In this document: positions 55,357 to 64,000 of the stretch, piece after piece
Layout of the letters: each line of letters begins with the position of its first letter
How positions within the stretch are numbered: the first letter of the stretch is position 1
Assembly (NCBI GenBank): GCA_039096225.1
Contig: JBBPEB010000034.1
Location: forward strand, 992,001 to 1,056,000
Direction of reading: 5' to 3'
From: Blastocystis sp. Blastoise
Taxonomy: Eukaryota; Protista; Bigyra: Opalinata
Length of the DNA stretch: 64,000 nucleotides
Position numbers and translations under genes: made by a program
Notes under the pieces: model-generated
Seen by the model: the letters and a program-made list of their open reading frames with translations, nothing else
Database searches by the model: none
What the model was told of the DNA's origin: nothing

Positions 55357-58300
55357 TATATATATATATATATATACTGTGGCTTATAATTATAATACGT
55401 TTCATAATAGGTATTGTTTAACGAACCAGAGCATAATTGATATATATCGCTTTCCATAATAATGTTCTTTTCAAGACAGTAGTTAATAAGTACAGCAGCA
55501 TGTTTACAAGGCATAAGGAGATTTTGAAATGAGAAACAGGTACACGTCTTCCTATATAAATCAACAGTATAAACTTTTCCATCACTAAAAGACACGTATC
55601 CCTTATCTTCTTTATAAACAACTTCATGTGTTTTATTGAGGGATTTAGTAACCATTTTTGTAAAAAAAGGAAGATATTTTAAGCCAGGATTAATGGTATC
55701 TTTTATTTTCATCTGTTTCGTTAGTGTTTGATTAAATATAAATATCATTATTAAGTGAATTGGAAGAGACCTATATTTTTTCAACAGCCTATTATAACTT
55801 TCTGCTACGCTTGACGCCACATACCATTCACAAATTGATGATTCACAACGAATTCTCTGAGAGTTATTATAGTGCCACATCTCATCAATTTTTTTTCTAG
55901 CTTCTGTATTCTTGATGTTTTTTAGGTGACTTTCCAGCTCATTTTCATTTTTGCATTGATAGGCCTCTTTACATTCTAATTTCTCTAAGGGCCTCATTGT
56001 ATTAAACTCTTGAAGTAAATGGAATAAACAGAAGACATGAGGCCACGACGGACAACAGTGACTTACAGCTGATGAGATCCCTTTCGCCTGATCAGAAATG
56101 ACAGTAAAGGTAGGAGTAGTATCAAAATAGGTATTTAAGGCGCCAAGAAATCTTTGTAATAAAATACTCCAAGAAGCCTCACTTTCCGATGGGAAGAAGC
56201 CATATGCTAAACATATACTCTCGTGGTTGAGATTAACACCTATTCACAGAAATATATAGATAGAGATATAAAAATATATATATATATATAAACATATAGA
56301 GAGAAACATATATATTTATATAGATAAATATATATAAGGTACAAATATATATAGAAATATATATAAAGATATATAAGCATAATATGTATATAAAAACATA
56401 TATAGAAATATATATATAAACACATATAAACATATAAAAAAATGAATACATATATGTAGGAATATATATAGAAATACATATATATATGTATAAATATATA
56501 TGGATATATAAACAGCTATAGAAACATATATAGAATATACATTGAAATATATAAATAGAAATATATTGATAGAAACATATATAGAAATATGTATAGATAT
56601 AAAAACAGCTATAGAAACATATATATAAACACATATAGAAATATATATAGATATATATATAGATATAAAAACAGCTATAGAAACAAATATATAAACACAT
56701 ATAAAAATATATATAGAAATATATATAGATATAAAAACAGCTCTAGATATATATATAGAAATGTATATAGAAATAGATATATATATATAGAAAAGGATAT
56801 AGAAATATATATAGAAATATATATAGGTATAGAAGCAGTTATAGAAATATATATAGAATATATATAGAAATATATATAGAAATATATATAGATATAAAAA
56901 CAGTTATAGAAATATATATAGAAATATATATAGATATAGAAATATATATAGAAATATATATAGATATAGAAATATATATAGAAATAGAAATATACATAGA
57001 AAAGGATATAGAAATATATATAGAAATATATATAGATATATATATAGAAATATATATAGATATAGAAACAGTTATAGAAATATATATAGATATAAAAACA
57101 GTTATAGAAATATATATAGAAATATATATAGATATATATATAGATATAGAAAAGGATATAGAAAAGGATATAGAAAAGGATATAGAAATATATATAGAAA
57201 TATATATAGATATAGAAAAGGATATAGAAAAGGATACAGAAATATATATAGAAATATATATAGATATAGAAAAGGATATAGAAAAGGATATGGAAATATA
57301 TATAGAAATAGAAATATATATAGAAAAGGATATAGAAATATATATAGAAATATATAGATATAAAAACGTATATAAAATATATAGAAATATATATATATAT
57401 ACTTGTTATTACTAAAGTAACCATTGATCCTACGCTTAAGAAGGTACCATCTAAAAATAATATATATGGCCCCTTTGCAATAAGAGGAATATTTTCATAA
57501 ACTATAGTACCGCAACACAGGAGGGCTGAATCTTTTGCCAAGTATTCTTCAGAAAGGATTTGCTCATATATATTCTTGGAGAAGTGTTTTGAGTAGTCAG
57601 TAGTCTTTTTTGGACATAGCATATAAAATGCCTTATTATTTGGATTAATACGATTTATTTCTTCAATGATTGACGGAATATACGAAGTGGAGCTATTATC
57701 ATTAGAGAGGAATGTTTTTGAAGCCTTATATATATAATTAGTTTTGATTGAAGGAAATGTATCTTCTATAATACTTCTAATATTATTTATAGGCTTATTA
57801 AGGAAGTAACTCTTATTAAGATGTAGATACCTATTTAGGAAGACAATATTCATAGGATCGTTAAATAGCTTTCTATTTTGATAAGGAATAAAGGTAAAAC
57901 TATTTTTATCATTCTTAGTATCATTCAAAAAGGCATCAATAGTGACATCTGACTCAGATTGGAGTAATTCCATAAATGAAGTTGTTACATTCTTATCTAC
58001 TAATGGTTCTTCATTAATAGTGTTTATAACATCTATATTGGAATTAGCAGTAATATTTGAAGTCCCTATTTGGCTTATTGTATAGAGAAGACCGTTATTA
58101 TTATTAGAAGTATTATCATTTGCTAACATATCAATCACTTTCTTTTCCTCAGGAGTAACTTCTGATTCAATATCATCCATTAAATAGATTTCATCATCTA
58201 TTAGTTCATCATTAGATTTGTTGCTATTCGTCAGGAGAAATTCAATTTCATTTATAGAACAATCTGATTCTTCTTCTTCGTTATTATTTTCATTAATAGA

Positions 58301-59086
58301 TAAAGAAACCTTACTTTCGTTTCCAGTATTATCAGGTATAGTATTTTCATCATTATTATTACTAGTATCTATTCTATAGTATTTATCATATATTTTTTGA
58401 GGTATATTTCCTTTCTTAGTTAAGAAAACAAGTTTACTTTGAAATCTAGAACACTTCTAGAGAATAAATATATATAAATATATATAAATATATATTTGAA
58501 TCCATAAAATATTATTATAATTTTCTTTTAAATAGTATTATATATAAAGAAGAAAAAATATAAATTAATACTAATAAATAGATATATATACGTTTGTATC
58601 ATGTATGTGATATTTGACTAAATTAAACGAACCTTTTTCATATCTATATTCACAAACGAAGTTGCACATCTTAATTGGGCATCCATAAATAATGTTCATA
58701 CTTGAACTTCTGATTACTCTTAATGAGTAGCCCATATCATGACTATACTTACGAATAAAAATCTCAACTTCATCCAAAGAGTCTATCACATTGGGAATGC
58801 CATTCATTTGAGCGAATATTAAATTTTTATACAATATATATTTAGGAGTATCAGTCACTCTGTAGAACCCATTACAATTGTTGGAATCATCTACCTTTGT
58901 TCTTAGCTTTCCATCTGCATACTGCAATCCACTGGCTGTTGTTGAAGTTAACGGATTTGTTCGTCTATCACTATGATCAGATGCCTATACGTGTTTATTA
59001 ATTAAATAACATATATTAAAGACATATACTACCATAATGGGGTCTAATGTTGAATAAATATTAGAAAAATTTTGTTCTTTAAACAT
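54890..59086 (-). CDS. MULE transposase (MuDR-like N-terminus, DDE domain, SWIM zinc finger), multi-exon
   Basis: YGCPIKMCNF...YHIH, LFLDGTFL, VISDQAKGISSAV...HVFCLFHL, VAESYN, CTCFSFQNLLMPCKHA. Confidence 0.9.
56237..57402. repeat. (TA)n/ATATAG-type minisatellite filling a 1.17-kb transposase intron
   Basis: Repeats of AGAAATATATAT, AGAAAAGGATAT and AAAACAGYTAT. Confidence 0.9.
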
Positions 59087-59357
59087 TGATTCGTATTTTT
59101 TAATCATTATATCTGAATAGAACACTTATATAGCCTGTATTTAAATATATAACAAATAACCTGTCTATATTTGATTTTTCTTTAGACTCAATTTAAATGT
59201 TCTGCCAAAATGTCATTATTTCCGCGATAATTTAGATTCCCTATAGTTTTGTTGTCTGGAGTTGAAAAATAGTCAAACTATTGTCTGGAGTTTTTCTCTC
59301 AAGGAAAAGAAAAAGAAAAAATTATTAATTTGGATATATAATATATATTAATAAAGA

Positions 59358-61717
<2,360 letters not shown>

Positions 61718-62382
61718 AATTATTATGAAAATAATCTTTTCTTAATCAAAATAAAACAAAGAAAAAATGATTCTTCAACATTTTTTTTTAAACTTTTTAA
61801 TCTTGCTTCAAAACACAACCTTTGTTCAAATTCTATATATACTTATTCTTTTTCAATTTTCTCTTAGAATATATCATTCTAAATAACCATATAGTTTAGT
61901 TTTTCTATAATTTTTCATTTTATAAGTATTCGATTCATTATTTTTAATTAAGCATGCTGCTGACAAACATATCAACCACTAGGCTATTTAAAGCAGTATT
62001 TGCAGTTTTGTTTTAAACCTGATTGACTGTCTCTATTTGAAACTTTACTAATTAAAATGGATTTCCGTTGAAAGAAGAATTTCTAGAGCCATCCATTCTA
62101 TGAATTTGTAATGAAACAAACGAATATAGAATAAACTGTAAAGTATGATCAATTTTTCTTATGATAAATATAATTGAGATTAAAATAAAATAATGACTAG
62201 GAGTACAATTCTTTTTCAATATAAATAGATTCGGAAACTCAACCTTTTTCCCTTTTTCCTTTCAAAGGAATTTTTTAATATTATTTAAAAGAATAATTCA
62301 TAATTCTTTTTAAAACTAAAAGTCTTAGAGACTACTTACTTTAGTTATAATTTATAAGTCGATTTTAAGTAGTGTTTAAAAA

Positions 62383-63258
62383 ATGGCAAGACGTACTCCT
62401 CATTGCTCAAAACCTAAGAAGCCTGAAGTTGAAACTCCAAAGCCAAAAGAAGTTAATAACGTTGATGATGATAATTCTTCTGTTGTTTCCGATACATTAT
62501 CATATATGTCAGACATTCCCGATTCCTATGATGGATCTGCTACTAGTCTTGATAATGGAGATTGTATGCTATATTTATTGCTATGAATTTAATTTATATC
62601 TCTGTTTTCTATAATTATTAAAAATTCATTGTTCTGTATCTAGATGATGATTCTGTTCAAGAAGCTATTGATTTCCTCTATGATAAGAAGTATTTTTATT
62701 AATCATATTACACTATTTTTTTAATCTTTAAAATAATAATATATTTGTTTTATTTTTTATTGTTTTTTTAAAAATTTCTTAGAAAGGATACTAAAATGGG
62801 TGGTATTAATCTTCTCATCAAATATTTAAAAACTTATAAGTCTATTCGTGTTTATGAAACAAATATTCAAACAATATTTGATGAATTGTTACGTATTATT
62901 AACGCTGCACGTGACTACTCCCCTTCTTGCTTTAAACTCATTGAAATCATGATTATTGTTTTTGGAATAGATCATGATGAGTTATATTCGATGTTAAAAC
63001 CATCTCTTTTCGCTATATGTAAAACAGGTTCTAATGTAGCCATTCGTTCTTGTGTATATATATATAATAATTATTATTCTATTATATATATAATAATTAT
63101 TATTCTATTATATATATAATTATTATTATTATTCTATTTATAATATATATATAGGCTATTCATTGTATTTCCTTAGCTGCTTTTGTGTGTAATGTTGAAC
63201 CGAGTGAAGTGGAAGAAATTATTGATTTATTCTATTCAATTTTCATGAATAATGATAA

Positions 63259-63325
<67 letters not shown>

Positions 63326-64000
63326 AATAATAATAACGAATAATTATAATAGTTTTGTAAAAATATATTTTATATTATTATTATATATATAGTAGTGATG
63401 TCTTTTCTTATGCTGTGAATGGTTTTATATTCTTATTAACAATTAAATCTATTCAAGAAATTATTTCCTATCATTTCATTGAGTATGTATAATTTATAAT
63501 AATAATTATAAAATATATATATTTAGTTATAGGTATTATAATTATTATTAATCATTAATTTCTTTTTTTAGTCTTTATATAATTAGCTATCTATAATAAT
63601 AATAGTTATATATATATTCTTAATAATTTTAAATGTTTTAATTATTATATATATAGTTGCTTAAATGCATTTTTATCCTTTTTGGATCATTCGAATGAAG
63701 AAGTTCGAGAAGCAGCAGGACAAGCACTTGTGTTTTATCTTGAAATATATAATACTGTATATATTATATTTATTATTGTTATATTAATTATTGTTATTAT
63801 GTTTATTATGTTTATTGTTTTATTATATTTATTATATATATATATACATCTTGTGAATCTAAGAATATTTCTGTTGCTTCTTTTGATAAAGACGAAGTTA
63901 TTGATGCTATTGAAGATATGGTATATATATATATTAATAATAATGATAATAATAATAACTATATAATAATATTAATAATAATAATAATAATAATAATAAT
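62383..64000 (+). CDS. IFRD (interferon-related developmental regulator)-like protein, 3'-truncated by the window edge
   Basis: Basic N-terminus, acidic Ser linker, AIDFLYDK, VREAAGQALVFYLEI; ARM-like helices. Confidence 0.65.

Larger units (their letters stand above)
52503..59300. mobile_element. Mutator/MULE DNA transposon (6.8 kb) with imperfect ~60-bp TIRs and a 9-bp TSD
   Basis: TSD AAGGAAAAG at 52494-52502 and 59301-59309. Left end GAGTTAAATACTCCAGACAATA; right end (reverse complement) GAGAGAAAAACTCCAGACAATA. ACTCCAGACAA occurs twice in each TIR. Confidence 0.95.

Noticed and set aside
56233-56867. Tyr/Ile-rich ORFs in the MULE
   Set aside because: They translate an intronic (TA)-rich minisatellite. 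The same applies to the YIYI/IIII tails of many track ORFs that run into introns.
58441-58465. HSE-like TCTAGAACACTTCTAGAG in the MULE
   Set aside because: The GAA and TTC units are out of 5-bp phase and there are fewer than three proper units.

Overview
This is very AT-rich, intron-rich eukaryotic DNA from a protist. A Blastocystis-like gut stramenopile is plausible but unproven. The window has three parts. (1) 1-~16673 is the right part of an intronless endogenous DNA virus of Polinton-like virus (PLV)/virophage grade. It carries two tyrosine recombinases, an AEP primase-SF3 helicase, a probable SSB, a basic G-x-G-repeat core-like protein and an adenain-like protease. It ends in a GC-rich 126-bp hairpin that abuts a truncated exon of a Ulp1/C48 protease gene. 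No capsid or packaging ATPase gene is recognisable here; they may lie left of the window. (2) Ordinary host genes: GT31 galactosyltransferase, AMMECR1, RME-8/DNAJC13, a poly-Asn kinase-like gene, an Ig-like membrane protein, a FAIM-like protein, ARPC4, NAT9-like GNAT, an SDR, a CANT1-type apyrase, RPT6 and an IFRD-like gene. (3) A complete Mutator/MULE transposon at 52503-59300 with TIRs and a 9-bp TSD, ending 57 bp upstream of RPT6. The most interesting signals are non-coding and lie in the provirus. Long perfect heat-shock-element (nGAAn) arrays precede its replication and recombinase genes, suggesting a stress-inducible provirus. A canonical -1 frameshift cassette (A_AAA_AAC, 7-nt spacer, long stem) would fuse the core protein to the protease, as in retroviral Gag-Pro. 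A ~105-nt Pol III-type panhandle RNA gene resembles adenovirus VA RNA in architecture. All calls were made by eye; no searches were run.
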